A stretch of DNA of 64,000 bases from Eledone cirrhosa (Eukaryota): positions 314,464,001 to 314,528,000 of the forward strand of contig OZ024743.1 of assembly GCA_964016885.1 (NCBI GenBank), in the 5' to 3' direction. Below the pieces are notes generated by a model. That model did no database searches. It saw only the letters and a program-made list of their open reading frames with translations, and was not told where the DNA came from. Numbering within the stretch: position 1 is the stretch's first letter; every line of letters begins with the position of its first letter. The position numbers and the translations under genes were made by a program. Positions 39,349 through 52,900 of the stretch are shown here, in pieces.

Positions 39349-39398
39349 CCATTACGAGCTGAGGATCCGCTAAGGTGAAACAATTGTTCTCGTTATGG
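39349..39398 (+). ncRNA. Minimal type I hammerhead ribozyme
   Basis: ccat-t-ACGAG-CTGAGGA-tCC-gctaa-GGt-GAAA-CAATTG-TT/-CTCGT-t-atgg. A degenerate copy and inverted flank lie at about 39760-39900. Confidence 0.8.
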
Positions 39399-40082
39399 TG
39401 AACTAACTGTTGTGTAACCACTTCTACCTAACTCGTCCCATGGACTGAGTGCTCTACCACTACGGATATTACCTTCCAGTGTTATACCACTATATGTATA
39501 TATATATAGTGAGTTAGAAACTCAGAGTAGTCTCTTACAAGTAAATAGCTCTAAGAAAAAAGCTTTTCCGAGGCGTCTAATATAATTGAATAAACAAGAG
39601 AGTTGAACACTAATATAAACATACATGTGTTCGATTTGTAAGGACTAGTTTTGCTAGGGTGAAAAAGTACTAACTACAGCAATATAGTTTGTCAGACTTA
39701 ATTTTATGTAGTAAATTAAGAAAAATAAAAGACCTATATCGGGCAATCGCCTATAGTAGAACACTAGTGGATTATATCCGTAGTAGTAGAGCACTGTCTA
39801 TGGGACGAGTCTGGTAGTAGTAATTCCACAGCAGTTCACCATTCCGATATCAAATGATAAGGTGAAACATTTGTTCTGGGTGTGGTGAACTAACTGTCGG
39901 TCGTGGAACTATTTCTCGCTATATATATGTGTGTGTGTGTGTATGCGTGTAAATAATATATCCATAGTGACATAATTAAAACGTTTATACCGATTATAAA
40001 TTAGAATATGTTTGTATAAATGTAACTATAGATGTGGAGTGACATAAAACGTTTAAGTGTTCCGATTAAAAAATTGACTACG

Positions 40083-40127
<45 letters not shown>

Positions 40128-40136
40128 CTCTCTCTC

Positions 40137-40169
<33 letters not shown>

Positions 40170-40689
40170 GGGTATGTGTGCGTGTGTATGTGTATGTGCT
40201 TTTGTATATGTGTATTTATTTATGTATTATGTATTTATATAGCCTAAAGTAAACAGTGTATGAGTGTACCAGTTGCAGACAGTTCCTAATTCTCTGCATT
40301 CTCGATAGGTATATTCATTTTATGAAGGCTTTGGGGTAGTGTAATCTAAATGCAGTGACTATTTACGCTGATTTCTGATCTATTCTTGATAATTCATTTA
40401 ATTATTAGTAAATTATTTATGAGATTGCTATTGGCGTAATTTTAGAATCTAACTCAATTTTAATTATCATTCTAACGCATCTACGATATTTTTTTCTAAC
40501 TTTTCCTTACATTTTCTGCTTTTGTACTCGATTTTGTTCATTAATTCTTAAGTATTCTGAATTTGGTAAAATCTATTTTCTATCATAGCTAACATAATGC
40601 TACTGTATATGTGAATTTTAATTTTTAAGTTTGTATTATCGATTTTTCCAAAAGGAATCTAAGCAACTGGGGTTCTAATTGTTGCATTT

Positions 40690-41215
40690 TATAGACGACG
40701 TGAAACACCCTTCCTCCCATTTAGTATAGTTTATAGATAACGTGAAGTATACGTGCTCTCAGTTTAGTTATAGTTGACGTGAAACGACCAATGTTTCAGT
40801 ATAGATTATAGATAATGCGAAACACCCGTGCCCTTAGTATAGTTTATAGATAACGCGAAGAACATATGTTCTCAGTATAGTTATTATAGGTGACGTGAAA
40901 CAGCATGCTCTCACTATAGCTTATAGACAACGTGAAGCACCCGTAGACTTATTTAGGATAGATTTGTTTTATTATGACGGGAAGCACTCGTGCTCTCAGT
41001 AAATAAAATTTACGATAACGTGAGGTACCCTTGCTCTTATTTGTTAAAGTATATGCTAAATTGAAGCTCCGGTGCTTTTAGTTAGTACAATGTATGATAA
41101 CGTGACTTATCCGTGCTCTTATTTACTATAGTTTACGATACCGTGAAGCCCTTGAGGTCGCATTTAGATTGTTTTATGATGCCGTGAAGCACCCGTGCTT
41201 TTATTTAGTTTGGTT
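40690..41215. repeat. Degenerate minisatellite, about 13 units of 37-47 bp
   Basis: Consensus approximately gataacgtgaagcacccgtgctcttatttagtatagtttat. Confidence 0.85.
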
Positions 41216-41396
41216 TAGGTGTAGATCCTGTCTCTTCTCCCTTATACAGTTCTTTTTTTCCGTCGCCTATCAGTGTTTGGTCATTTCCTCATTTTCTTCT
41301 CATTTATAAATATTTATATTACTTACATTTACTTTCCTATTCAGCTAGATCTGCTCTTCTTTACCCGTTCTCACTTTTTTCATTGTTTATATAAGT

Positions 41397-41815
41397 GCGG
41401 TGGATAGGCAGTATCAGTAGAGGGTCGGATGCCATGTTTTGTAGCGTAGAGTTACGCCCTTTGCTTCGGAATTCAAAACCCGCCGAGGTTAGCTTTGTCT
41501 TTCATCTTTAAGGGGACGATGAAATAAAGTAACAGTCACGAACTGGGTCCGATTTAATCGACGTTCCCCTCCTCTTAAATTTACCGGCCTTCTGCCTGAA
41601 GTTGGAACAACTATTTATATAAGGGAGGTGGATTGGCAGTATCAGTAGAGAGTCGGATGCTATGATTTGCAGCATAGAGTTACACTCCTTTATCGTCTGA
41701 GTTCAAACCCTGCCAAGCTTAACCTTGCCTTTCATCCTTACGGGATCGATAAAATAAAGTACCAGTAATGCACTCGATAATTGCTGGCGTTGTGCCAAAA
41801 GTTGAAACAATTATT
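41397..41815 (+). mobile_element. Two tandem SINEs
   Basis: 41397-41615 and 41623-41815 with a tttatataa spacer/TSD. Confidence 0.85.
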
Positions 41816-42597
41816 TATATAATTAATTATGAAAAACTAATTAAATATTCACCAAAGAAAAAAAAAAGTGAGTTTATTCCCGTTTGTGTTACATATTTAT
41901 GGTTCACTATTTTCCGTTCTGGCCTTTTCATGGTTTTGTTTAATATTGTGATGTATAATATTAGTTTAATTTTTTGAGACTTTGCACAATTATTTAAGAA
42001 AATCTTAAATCACTTTTAATTATATATTTTCTCATGTATATCTTTGGAATATTTAAGATTTTTCATATATATATGTATTTCTACATTTACATAATGCTGA
42101 CATTTTTCTGATATTATAAACTTTTTAGAGTTCTAGTTCGGTATTTTGTCAACCATATTTAGTAGGCATGCTTATTCATGTATTATTAACCTTATATATG
42201 TTTATCTGGTTATAATCATATTTCCGATTTTGTTTCACTATGTTTCAATTCTTTCTGTTTTATGATATGTTTACCGACATGTTTAAACATCTTCTTTTAA
42301 ATTAATTGGGTAAGTCATTCATTCGAATTATATTCTATCTACGTTTATTATAGTGTTATAATCTCGTACTATTTACAAAGGATAGCTGCATAATATATAT
42401 GGTATGGTACGGTATGGTATCGTATGGTATGGACCTATAATTCCAGACGACATCGTAGTGGCGCCATATTGACATACGGCGTTTCTCAGGGCATCTTTAA
42501 ACGCGATGGAGCCTACCCTCTATCCAGGCATAAATACAGCAGAATTTTGCCAGAGAAGGATAGAAAGTGGGAACATGTAAGTGAAAAAGAGATATAG

Positions 42598-42752
42598 CGG
42601 ACGAATCGACCGAGTACTTGACTGGGACTTTTATTTGTCGACCTTGAATGGATGAAAGGCAAAGGTGACTTCAGCGGGATTTGAACTCCTAGAGAACGAA
42701 TACCACAAAGTATTCTATCCAACATTTTAATGATTCTGTCAATTCGTCACCT
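42598..42752 (-). mobile_element. SINE, degenerate
   Basis: ggatgaaaggcaaaggtgacttcagcgggatttgaactc. Confidence 0.75.
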
Positions 42753-42994
42753 TGCATAATATACACACACACACACACAAATTTATATATATACATAAAT
42801 ATATGTGTGTGCGCTTCTGTATGTGTGTGTGTTCAATTAAACAGGTTCATTTTCTAAATTTATATTACTAAAAGAATAAACATCAGCCTTTAATATGAAC
42901 GATGTCATTTCCATAGGAATATCTGAAGATGCAGTATAATTAACATTCAAATTTCTCGTTAAAATCAGAGTGAAACGTTACCGTTTTCTTTGTC

Positions 42995-43170
42995 AGTCTC
43001 GGTAGAGGGTCGGACACCATATTGACGCATAGAGTTACGGTCCTTGCCATTCTGAGTTCAAATTTCGTCGAGATTAACTTTGCCTTTCATCCTTAAGGGG
43101 TCGATAAAATAAAGTACCAGTAATGCACTGCGTAATTGCCGGGCTTGTGCCAAAAGTAGAAACAATTATA
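42995..43170 (+). mobile_element. SINE
   Basis: Family consensus core and tail. Confidence 0.85.
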
Positions 43171-43835
43171 TTTTATATTATTGTTAGTTAATCCCAAACC
43201 AGCCCTGATTGGGGGGACCTAAGGCCTAACGCACGATAAACCAATCTTTTATTTTCTAATTCCCTGGATTCAGAACTACACGTTTCAATGCTCTCTTCTT
43301 TTAAATCGATATAGTGAGTATGAAAAAGAATTCATGGATATTTGTTGTAGGTTAATTCATCTACATAGATTCATGTGTGGGGTCATATGTCTTATTAGAA
43401 TATCCTTTGTATTTCCATACCGAATTTCTGTAAGTACTGAACTTGTGCTTGTTTAGGAAGCGAGTGTTAGTATTAGGTTAGTTTTATTAGACAAACAACA
43501 ATAATATTGAGAACAATTTTTTAATGTATTAACTTATTCTAATATCTATCATGATAGACCATCTATAGATTTTGTCGTTTACTTCATTATTATTTCATCG
43601 ATGTTAATAGTTTTTTTTTTTCGGATCTTTCAAGAAACATTAGTGGTATTAAGCCTGTTTAACACGAATCTGCTGCTGCTGACACTACTACTACTACTAC
43701 TACTACTCGATAAGTCATTGATACAGTGTTGGCTACTTGATAAATTTCAGATATGTTCAGAGACCAAAAGGACACTCTTTGGTAGGATTGCAATTCGTCT
43801 TTCGTGATCTATTATTATTGTTATTATCATGATTG

Positions 43836-44125
43836 GGTGGTGGATTGCCAGTATTCGTAGAGGGTCGGACGCCATGCTTTGCAGCATAAAGTTACGGCCC
43901 TTTACAGTCTGAGTCCAAATCCCGCCGATGTTAACTTTGCCTTTCATCCTTACAGGGTCGATAAGATAAAGAACCAGTAATGTATTGGGATAATTGTTGC
44001 CCTTCTCACAAAAGTAGAAACAATTATTATTATTCGGCTGTGGATTGACTGTGAGGTCGATTTAATCGATTTCCCCCTCTGACAAAATTGTTGGCATTGT
44101 CTTTAAATCGGAAACCATTATTATT
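43836..44125 (+). mobile_element. SINE plus adjacent SINE 3' fragment
   Basis: Full copy 43836-44030; tail fragment about 44050-44125. Confidence 0.85.
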
Positions 44126-44229
44126 ATTATTTTGATGGTTCGTTTCTAGACAGGTTTGTGTGTCGCTTTGTAAATTCGTTGTTATTCCATTGTTATCCAA
44201 CATATTTTGTTAAACATAAAATATTAGTA

Positions 44230-44820
44230 TGTATACGTATGTATACGTACATACATATATGTATACAGACGTACAGTAGTATGTATATATATATATATAT
44301 ACACATACATGCACACATATATATATATATATGTACGTATGGATTCACCGAACATTTATTATAATGCTCGGTGTGTTTGTAAACAAACATCCCGAATTAA
44401 GCCGTACAGTGTCTAGCAACCATCGTTGCTCATTTATTCAACACTGACAAAGGAACGCTGTACTAGTTTCAAGCTTATTAGCTATCGTCAGCAACGTATA
44501 CCTTCCTGCCAGATGGTTGAACGTCTGAAAGTATATACTTTTTTCATGCATATTAACGGCTGAGCAGCCTAATTTGAATATCGAGTGAGTTAGTCGGCCG
44601 GGGTACCGAAAAGAATAAACGGAAAAAATCAAACGAAATTTCATTTCTCACTCTTAGTACGGCTGTTACTTAAATATAAGTATGTCTATGTACATACATA
44701 TATATATACAGACGTACAGTAGTATGTATATATATATACATACATGCACACATATACATATGTACGTATGGATTCACCGAACATTTATTATAATGCTCGG
44801 TGTGTTTGTATACAAACATA
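44230..44820 (+). repeat. Direct duplication of about 150 bp (about 44240-44390 and 44680-44820)
   Basis: Both copies contain cagacgtacagtagtatg...gtacgtatggattcaccgaacatttattataatgctcggtgtgtttgta. Confidence 0.85.
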
Positions 44821-45607
44821 AAATATTGTTTTATACATAAACTAACCAGTATCGTCGTGAGCTGGTTAGACAGTTTTCTGCCTGTAGAAATTAGGGGTTA
44901 AATCAGTGTTTATTTTCCCAGCACGCCCCGAATTTTTTGTATGCAAGAGACCGAGAGAGAGACCACGCAGATAAACTGCAAGATAATGTGAAGACGATAT
45001 ATTGCAAATATTCAGAGGAAAACGGAAGAAAAGTATGGTGCAATCAAAGGAGAAATTAAGTGCATTTTCTCCAGCCATATATAAGGTCATCTTATGTAAG
45101 CTAATCTAAACAGTTTCTGTCACTGTGTCAAACATTTAAAATAGAATGTTCACTGAGGTTTCTAAAGATAAGAATTACAAATTTTCTCACACCATCTAAT
45201 ATGTATATAGGGGCAACATCATACAAGGGGAAAGTGAAATATTTCTAGAAGTAAAGATCATTCTGAGTGAGAGATTATTATCTTCAGACAGATTCCCATT
45301 AAAGATTGATGTATCAAATGTCGTACATTGACAATTACAATCACCTGTTAAGTAAAATATACAGATGAAGGAAGCGAAGTAAAATGAACTGTAAAGCAAC
45401 ATGAGAGAAAGTAAATTTGAATTAAATAAAAATTGACGAGTGTCATGTAATAATGAACTACAAAGTACATACATAAACTACATTTTTCCTTGCCTCTCTT
45501 TCATTCACACAGATACACACATATTTTTTTATCTTTTTATATAGATATACACACCTACCTACATTTCTATATATATTCGTATGAATGTAGGCATTTATTT
45601 ATAACTA

Positions 45608-45639
<32 letters not shown>

Positions 45640-45646
<7 letters not shown>

Positions 45647-46466
45647 CAAGAAAGAAGAGTGACATGGTTCGCTATACAATAAGGGCTTTATTCACGTTAC
45701 TGACAATTGTTGTCTTTGATGGTAGGTCTAGAGTTCGCTACCCGCCTGATTTTGTGTCAATCGATCTGCAATACTTTGTTTATAACCAGTCGTTTTCATC
45801 AGAGCAAGCGAAATGAAGAAGATACACAAGGCATGGCTTTTATATAGGTATGGTATTAAACCAGAACAATAATATCAATAATCAAATAAAATAACTAGAT
45901 AGAAAATAGATAAAATAATAACATCAATATAAGTAGAGTATAATGATGAGTAGTATAATGAATGAGTAGAGTATAATGATGAATAGAGTATAATGCTGAA
46001 TCTAGGATGTTAAACAAAGTGATATAATACAGATGTATGAAATTGACATGTTAAAACTGCTATAGGGTACATTAGATATAGTGTTAAGGTGGCGAAGAGA
46101 TAACAGTAACCACAAACATGTACTTGGAGACAGGATTTATGCTATACTGTAGGTATGCTGGCAATAAACCGGATTTTGACTTATTGTTTGACAGATAAAC
46201 ACTTTCGTTGTATTAATTTCGTGAGAGTGATAGTTTTTATGTGGCGTTAGGTGGAGTTGTAGATTCGTTATTAAGTGGCTTATACTAAAGGTAGAGACCG
46301 TTAGTTCGAATCGTGGGGGTTTAGTTTTCACAGCATCAATAACAAATCGTGGATAAATAAGTCAGTAGAGAACTCTAGACCTACCAGATCAAAGAAACAA
46401 TTGTCAGCAATGTGAATAAAGCCCTTATTGTATAGCGAACCACGTCACTCTTCTTTCTTGAATTAT
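45640..46466. mobile_element. PLE remnant with inverted terminal arms (about 45641-45745 / 46369-46466) and a long-helix-II hammerhead (45697-45807, minus)
   Basis: Minus strand TTGCT-CTGATGA...GA(c)AA-CAATTG-TC/-AGTAA; the right arm has intact GAAA-CAATTG-TC-AGCAA. Confidence 0.65.
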
Positions 46467-46633
46467 TATTACTCTAAGTATAAACTACATACAAGTCACC
46501 GCGAACTCGCAGCATCAATATGGAAACGTCTTGTTGTGTCAAACTAAGCCACACGTTAATACTATCCACTACACGGAGTACTCTAACTGGACTACATCTA
46601 AGTGGACTGCCTATAGCGATAACCTGTTATCCC

Positions 46634-46679
<46 letters not shown>

Positions 46680-47291
46680 CTGGCAGGGGAACAGTCAAGT
46701 GTACTGGTAAAGGGTAATACCCAGAAACATTACTGTCTGCAGGTCTGTTTACATGCCAACACAACTGACATGGCTTTAGAAATGATGCTTGTTTCCATAA
46801 TTGCAAACGAGTAAAATATTATTATTAATATTTGAAAAACTCAGATTACATTTATTGTATTCAGCCATGTAGAGCGAATTTTTTTTTTTCTCTAATTTGA
46901 ATATGGCAAAGACAGCCATTGATCGCTCGTATAGAGGAAACTGACTGTCTAGTCTGTTGATATGCTAATCTGGCTGATCATTGGATCTGCTAATATACAG
47001 ATCTGACTGATCAGCAAGTCTGCTAATATGCAAATCAGGCCAATCAGTCACTGTATATTTTAGAAAATATCATATATTTTCACTACCTCTGACTGTTGGC
47101 AGGTGAAAAGTGAACTGTACTGATGAAGCATAATACCCTGAGACATTAGTGCCTGCAGTTCTGTTTACATGCCAACACAAGAGAAAGACTGAGGGGCTCA
47201 TTCAACTGACATGGCTATAAAAATGAGGATTGTTTGCATAATTGCAAACGAATCGAATATTATTATTAGTATTCGAAAAACTCCGATTACA

Positions 47292-47356
<65 letters not shown>

Positions 47357-47728
47357 GTGTGTGTGTGTGTGTGTGTGTGATAATTTCCCCCCACCCCCGT
47401 TATCGAGTATGGCCATTGCTCGATATAACTTTATTAATAATTATAAATTAATGCTATCGGGCAATGCCTGAGCGTGAAAATTATTTTAAAGTGACGAAAG
47501 ACAGTGAACTGAGCCAATCCCACTCTCTGAGCGAGAGTAGCTACAACTCGAAAAGAACAAAAGATCAACATCATCGGTAACTACTGAGCCGCAGGTTTCA
47601 AGTCAGAGTTATCACAATTTTCTGAGTTGCCTTCCCCTAGAAAAATGCCTTGACAAAGGCATGGGTTCCTTCGCTCCCAGTGGTTTAACTGCCTGATTGG
47701 GTATCCAGCCCGATTATTTCTATGTCCC

Positions 47729-47775
<47 letters not shown>

Positions 47776-48010
47776 ACTTATATACATATATACATATATA
47801 CATATATACACATGCATATAGGTATATACACATTTACACAAGACTCTTTATATCACATTGATTCTTCTCCCCGGATCGGCGACGAGTAGATAGTACACCA
47901 ATTGGAAAGACCAATGGAAATCTTGTTTCCACAGTCCTATTTAATGAGCTCCACCCCACTCGTTAAGCGTATGAGGGCTGGGATCTTGTCGATCGACTGT
48001 AAATATATAT

Positions 48011-48073
<63 letters not shown>

Positions 48074-48823
48074 TATATATATAATATATATACGTATGTA
48101 TGTTTGAACCCGTAACTCCCGATGTTGTCGTAGGGGCGCCGTATTGACATATGGCGTTTTTAGGGATTGTTTATACCTGGCGGGGGCTATGTCCCCTCCG
48201 AGTATGAATACAGCTGATTTCTCACAAAGGATAGAATGAAAGGGAGGAAGTGAGAATGAGATATAGAGGAGGAATCTACTGCAGTACTATAATTATACGT
48301 ATAATATAGAAAACATACTGGAACAAGATTTGAGCATTTAGGCTGAACACAAATTACAGGAATCTTTTACTCCTGAATATGATTGAGCCTTAGTGTTGAT
48401 GCTCCAGTCAGGTGGCATGCTGTGACAGTTTCATATAAGCTGGAGAGGCTTGAATCATGCTTTCTTTCCTTGAGTCGGAAAAAATAATTGTGTTAAATGA
48501 ATTTGACACTGTTGCCTGTGATAACAAATGTAGGCTTTCTTCTATGAATGTGTTCTGACTTCGGACTTGTATACTACGTGACTAGGTGGACATCGGGATT
48601 CCAATAATCACTCATTTTGAGCGACATTTGAAAATTCCGTCGAGCCCCTTTGACTATCAATGGCAGATACGAACTGGCGCGAAATTTATTATAATTATTG
48701 ACAAACCAATCAAATTACTTCTCGAAAAACCTGGCATTTCGAGACAGTTTTTCCATTTAAAACAAGTAACATTCAGAGACCAACCAGATGTGAGAAAAAC
48801 CACAGAACCTCCATCTCAACTCA

Positions 48824-48861
48824 CCTTTTGAAAAGCAGAAGAACTGCGAAACCGGTAACGG
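48824..48861 (+). ncRNA. Hammerhead-like motif, U3-A8 core
   Basis: cctt-TTGAAAA-GCAG-aagaa-CTGC-GAAA-CCGG-TA/-acgg. Confidence 0.65.
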
Positions 48862-48992
48862 AACCAAATAAATATATATATTTTTTTTAAAAATAAGACT
48901 CCAGTTGCATTTTCGATTTCATCTCTTTTTCTTTATACTTTCACTCATGTAGGACACCTCGGTTATTTTTCAATTTGTAAAAAAAACTTCAC

Positions 48993-49034
<42 letters not shown>

Positions 49035-49632
49035 TTGCAAAAATGTACCACTCTTGCTGTAAATTAAAATGGTGATTTATTCATTAATAGATTACACTTT
49101 TGAAAATATTGAGAGAGGAGGAATAGAAGGAGAGTGTGATGAAGCATATATGTGGCAGAAAGAAGGGAATATAGAAAGGCGATGTACAAAACAAATTTAC
49201 ATACAATTTGCCCCTCATCAGATCTCATACCAGCCAAAGTGTTTCACAAAATTTAATTGAGAGTATCTCTCAATCTTTTTTGCATCTCAGCAGCCTATAT
49301 ACCATCTCGTGGATTGTCTCTATCCTCAGAGGCATTTTTGTCCTTCGCTGACATTGACAGTATTTTGGGTGTTTTAACAGCTGTTCCAGCGATGAGATTT
49401 CTCATATTTCTATGAACTATATATATATATATATAGTAATAATAATAAATTTGAAGACTAAAATCCAAAGAGATTTTGTCTTTACGTGTAATTGTTTTTC
49501 ACCGCTCCAAATAATGACGTCTTATATTCGATTATTCCCGTTCTTTGCCAGGGAACGTTTCCACGAACCAAAGTATCGTCTTCATGTCTTCCTCCGGTTG
49601 CAAAGTTTTTTGAAATAACCACTTCTGCGTTC

Positions 49633-49708
49633 ACAGATTGACTTTGTTAGTTTCAGAAGATCCCGTTAAGGGTGAAAGCAGCGATTCTTTGCTTAAACTT
49701 TAATCTGT
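49633..49708 (+). ncRNA. Hammerhead-like motif with CAGAAGA core (copies 52750-52825 +, 56119-56194 +, 57913-57988 -)
   Basis: acagattga..AGTTT-CAGAAGA-tCCC-gttaa-GGGt-GAAA-GCA..TGC-TT/-AAACT-ttaatctgt. Confidence 0.7.
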
Positions 49709-49769
49709 TATTTTAATAAATAAATATCTCTATATATATATCTCACTCTCTCTATATATATATATAGGA

Positions 49770-51810
49770 AAACATACCTAAAACTCCTGATACAGAAAAC
49801 AGACGCGTTCATTAACAGGTTGCGTTGGCGTGCCTTTTATTTCGACAATCTGCGAAAATCAGACAACAAACAGGATAAATTTGGATTTAAAACCTATAAT
49901 AACCCCCCGTGGAACCCAGCATTTGTACCCTTCGAAAATGATGTCTTGGAACTCATTCGGAGCATCAAATTTCGGAATAGGAGCAATTCCTTCCAGCAAG
50001 ACATGAAGAATGGAATTCGTTCTATTAAGGATTCTAATGCCGTGCACGTCCATTCCGACAAAACTGGCAGCCTATATCAAGTGGAGCGCAGTACTTACCA
50101 TCAACTACTACATAATGCTGTAACTAAGGATTACCGTAAAACTAATCGGTGCGTCATCAATGAAATCAACGATGCTGGGTTTAAAATCACATCTGATTTC
50201 AACATCCTGGACCGGACCGAACCTCTGGACCCTATTTCTCCCCACTTTACCCTGAAGGATCACAAATCCAGTTTTCCGAACAACCCCTCTATTCGGCTTA
50301 TTAACCCTACGAAGTCCGATTTAGGTAGACTTAGTAAAACGATTCTTGATAGAATTATACCTGAAATTAGAAATTTGGCCCCTCTTGCATTGTGGAACAA
50401 TTCTTTCGCGGTGATTGATTGATTCAACGGCATATGTAACAAGGAACATTGCCGTTTTATCCAATTCGACATCAACAATTACTACTCCTCCATCACTTTA
50501 CCACTTCTCCTGAGAGCTATCAATTTCGCTAAAACACTCACAGTGGTTAAGGATTTCGAAGTTGTCATCCTCAATGCCCGAAAGTCGGTGATTAATTTCG
50601 ACGACTCTATTTGGATTAAACAATCCAATAGTACCCCATTCGACGTGAGTATGGGCGCCAGTGACTCTGCGGAGGTTACTGATCTTATTGGCCTTTTCCT
50701 TCTTTTCTCTATCAAGGACGAATTCCCCAACACGGCGGTGGTTTGTACCGTGACGATGGTCTTTTGACCATGACTAAGTGCGTACCTCGTGCTTGCGATA
50801 GGTTCAGAAAAGAACTCACAGACTTCTTTAAAGGCTTCAACCTCTCTATACAGGTTTAGGCCAATCTCTCTGTCGTTAATTACCTCGACGTTACCCTCAA
50901 TTTATTGAATGTGTTGTATTACCCGTATAGAAAGCCGAATGATACGCTTAATTACATAATTAATAATTCCAACCATCCTGCCAGCATAACCAAGAACCTG
51001 GTAAGAAAGGTTTCGTTGAGGCTTTCCCGTCTTTACACCAACGAGCGTATTTTCAACGACCATTCCACTTATTACAATGAAGCTCTTGCTCGAAGTGGAT
51101 TTGTCGATAAGGTAGCTTATACTGAGTACGAAAATAGACCTAGAAGAAATAGATCCCGTCGCATTTGTTGGTATAACCCACCATATAATATGGAGGTGGC
51201 CACACCATTAGCTATGATCTTTCTTTCCCTTATTACCAAGCATTTTCCCCCTACACATAAAGATAGTAAAATTTTTAATAGAAATACTATTAAAATTTCT
51301 TACTCTACGACTCCTAACCTTGCACATAACATCACAGCTTCAAATTTAGCTAAACTACCTAGCCGTAGAAACACGTGCAACCCTGTAGTTAGTACTAACT
51401 GTAATTGTAGGAATCGGGATGATTGCCCCATATCCGGGAAATGCCTCTCTAGTAACATTGTCTACAAATGTAAGGTTGTAACACCCACGTCCCGTAGGGC
51501 CTACATAGGGTTAACCGCCAATAGTTTCAAGCAGCGCCTTTACATGCATACCCATTCTTTTCGTTACCTTTTAAGAAGGAATATGACGTCACTTTCAGCT
51601 TATATCTGGAGTCTAAAAGACAACCACACCCAATATAAGTTACACTGGGAGATCCTAGCTAGGGCTAGATCGTATAACGGAAATAAAAGACCATGTGACC
51701 TCTGCGCCGCTGAGGCCCTGGAAATACTCTACGCCACAGAGCACATCTTAAACAAAAAATCTGAGGCAATCTCGGCTTGTAAACATAAATTGCACAACAC
51801 TTTCCTGTAG
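49770..51810 (+). pseudogene. PLE RT plus GIY-YIG ORF with 2 premature stops and 1 frameshift
   Basis: RWRAFYF, SDKT, TLKDHK.SF, RLINPTKSDLGR, FDINNYYSSI, MGASDSAEV, LYRDDGL, NYLDVTL, PYRKPN, SNHP, WYNPP, CNCRNRDDC (CxCx5C), NIVYKC..YIGLT, CDLC. Stops at 50420 and about 50857; frameshift at about 50730. Confidence 0.92.
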
Positions 51811-52832
51811 TACAGCCCCACGTTATACCCTAACGGATAGTACGATCTATACGTGGATATTTTACGTCTTGATGTGGGAGCTAAGTATATGTTTTGTTTA
51901 TTCCTTTACTTATTTGCGTAGGTATGTATGTATTACCCTTTTGTTTTGTGAAGGTACGTATACCTTCTCGTACGTATATTTGATTGTTTTGGCGTATAAT
52001 TTTATATATTCTGGTACAATGGGTTTGGCTATGTGTATACGGAGTTTTGCGTCTGTGTGAGTATGCGAGTTCGTACGTATGGTGGGTGTGTGTATACGTG
52101 TACTTCTTGTTTTAGTTGACTTACGTCTCCGAACATTCGTGTATTTATATGTGGGTATGTGTGTGCGCTTGTTATATACGTATTTATTTATTTATATACG
52201 TTAATATAATTATTTATTTATTTGTATACACGCATACACACACACACATATTTATATGTGCGTGGTTTTGTATACCTATGGTAAGGTTTTGCGTATGCTT
52301 ATGTATGTACGTATTTGTTTGCGTGTATGTATTTATTTATTTATATTACTTCAGTATTGTATTTATTTACTTGTTCCTAACTCTGTAGCGGAGATTCATT
52401 TGGTCTCCTAGTCAGAATTTTAGTCTACGACTTCTGCTATACCATTTACGTGGTTTTGTCTTTGCGTGTTATTGTTCTCCACGCTCCACATATGACGTAT
52501 TATTTTCCTTTTTTCGTTCATTGCCAGAGAACGTCTGTATGCACCACCTAAGAGAACATTAGTCTACGACCTCTTTTATACCATAAACGTGGTCCTGTCT
52601 TTGCGCGTAATTGTTTTTCACCGCTCCTATTAATGACGTATTATTCGGTTTTTGCCGTTCTTTGCCAGCGAACGTTTCCACGAACCAAAGAATCGTCTTC
52701 CTGTCTTCCTCCGGTTGCAACGTTTTTTGAAATATCCAGTTCTGCGTTTACAGATTGACTTTGTTAGTTTCAGAAGATCCCGTTAAGGGTGAAAGCAGCG
52801 ATTCTTTGCTTAAACTTTAATCTGTTATTTTA

Positions 52833-52900
<68 letters not shown>

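Larger units (their letters stand above)
49457..52837 (+). mobile_element. Near full-length Naiad-type Penelope-like element with direct pseudo-LTRs
   Basis: Upstream partial repeat 49457-49722 matches the 3' end 52570-52837. Both end in a hammerhead-like motif, AATAAA and (TA)n. Confidence 0.88.

Noticed and set aside
40690-41215. CRISPR-like periodicity
   Set aside because: Units are degenerate along their whole length with no unique spacers, no cas genes, and the context is eukaryotic.
45191-45344. Possible minus-strand exon (ttttacttaacAG acceptor, GTGAGA donor)
   Set aside because: No convincing open frame or homology, and such splice-like signals are common by chance.
50420-50422. In-frame TGA in the Naiad ORF as possible selenocysteine (some Naiads encode selenoproteins)
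   Set aside because: It falls at a typical Trp position (VID-W-F), and the ORF also has a TAG and a frameshift, so it is most likely ordinary decay.
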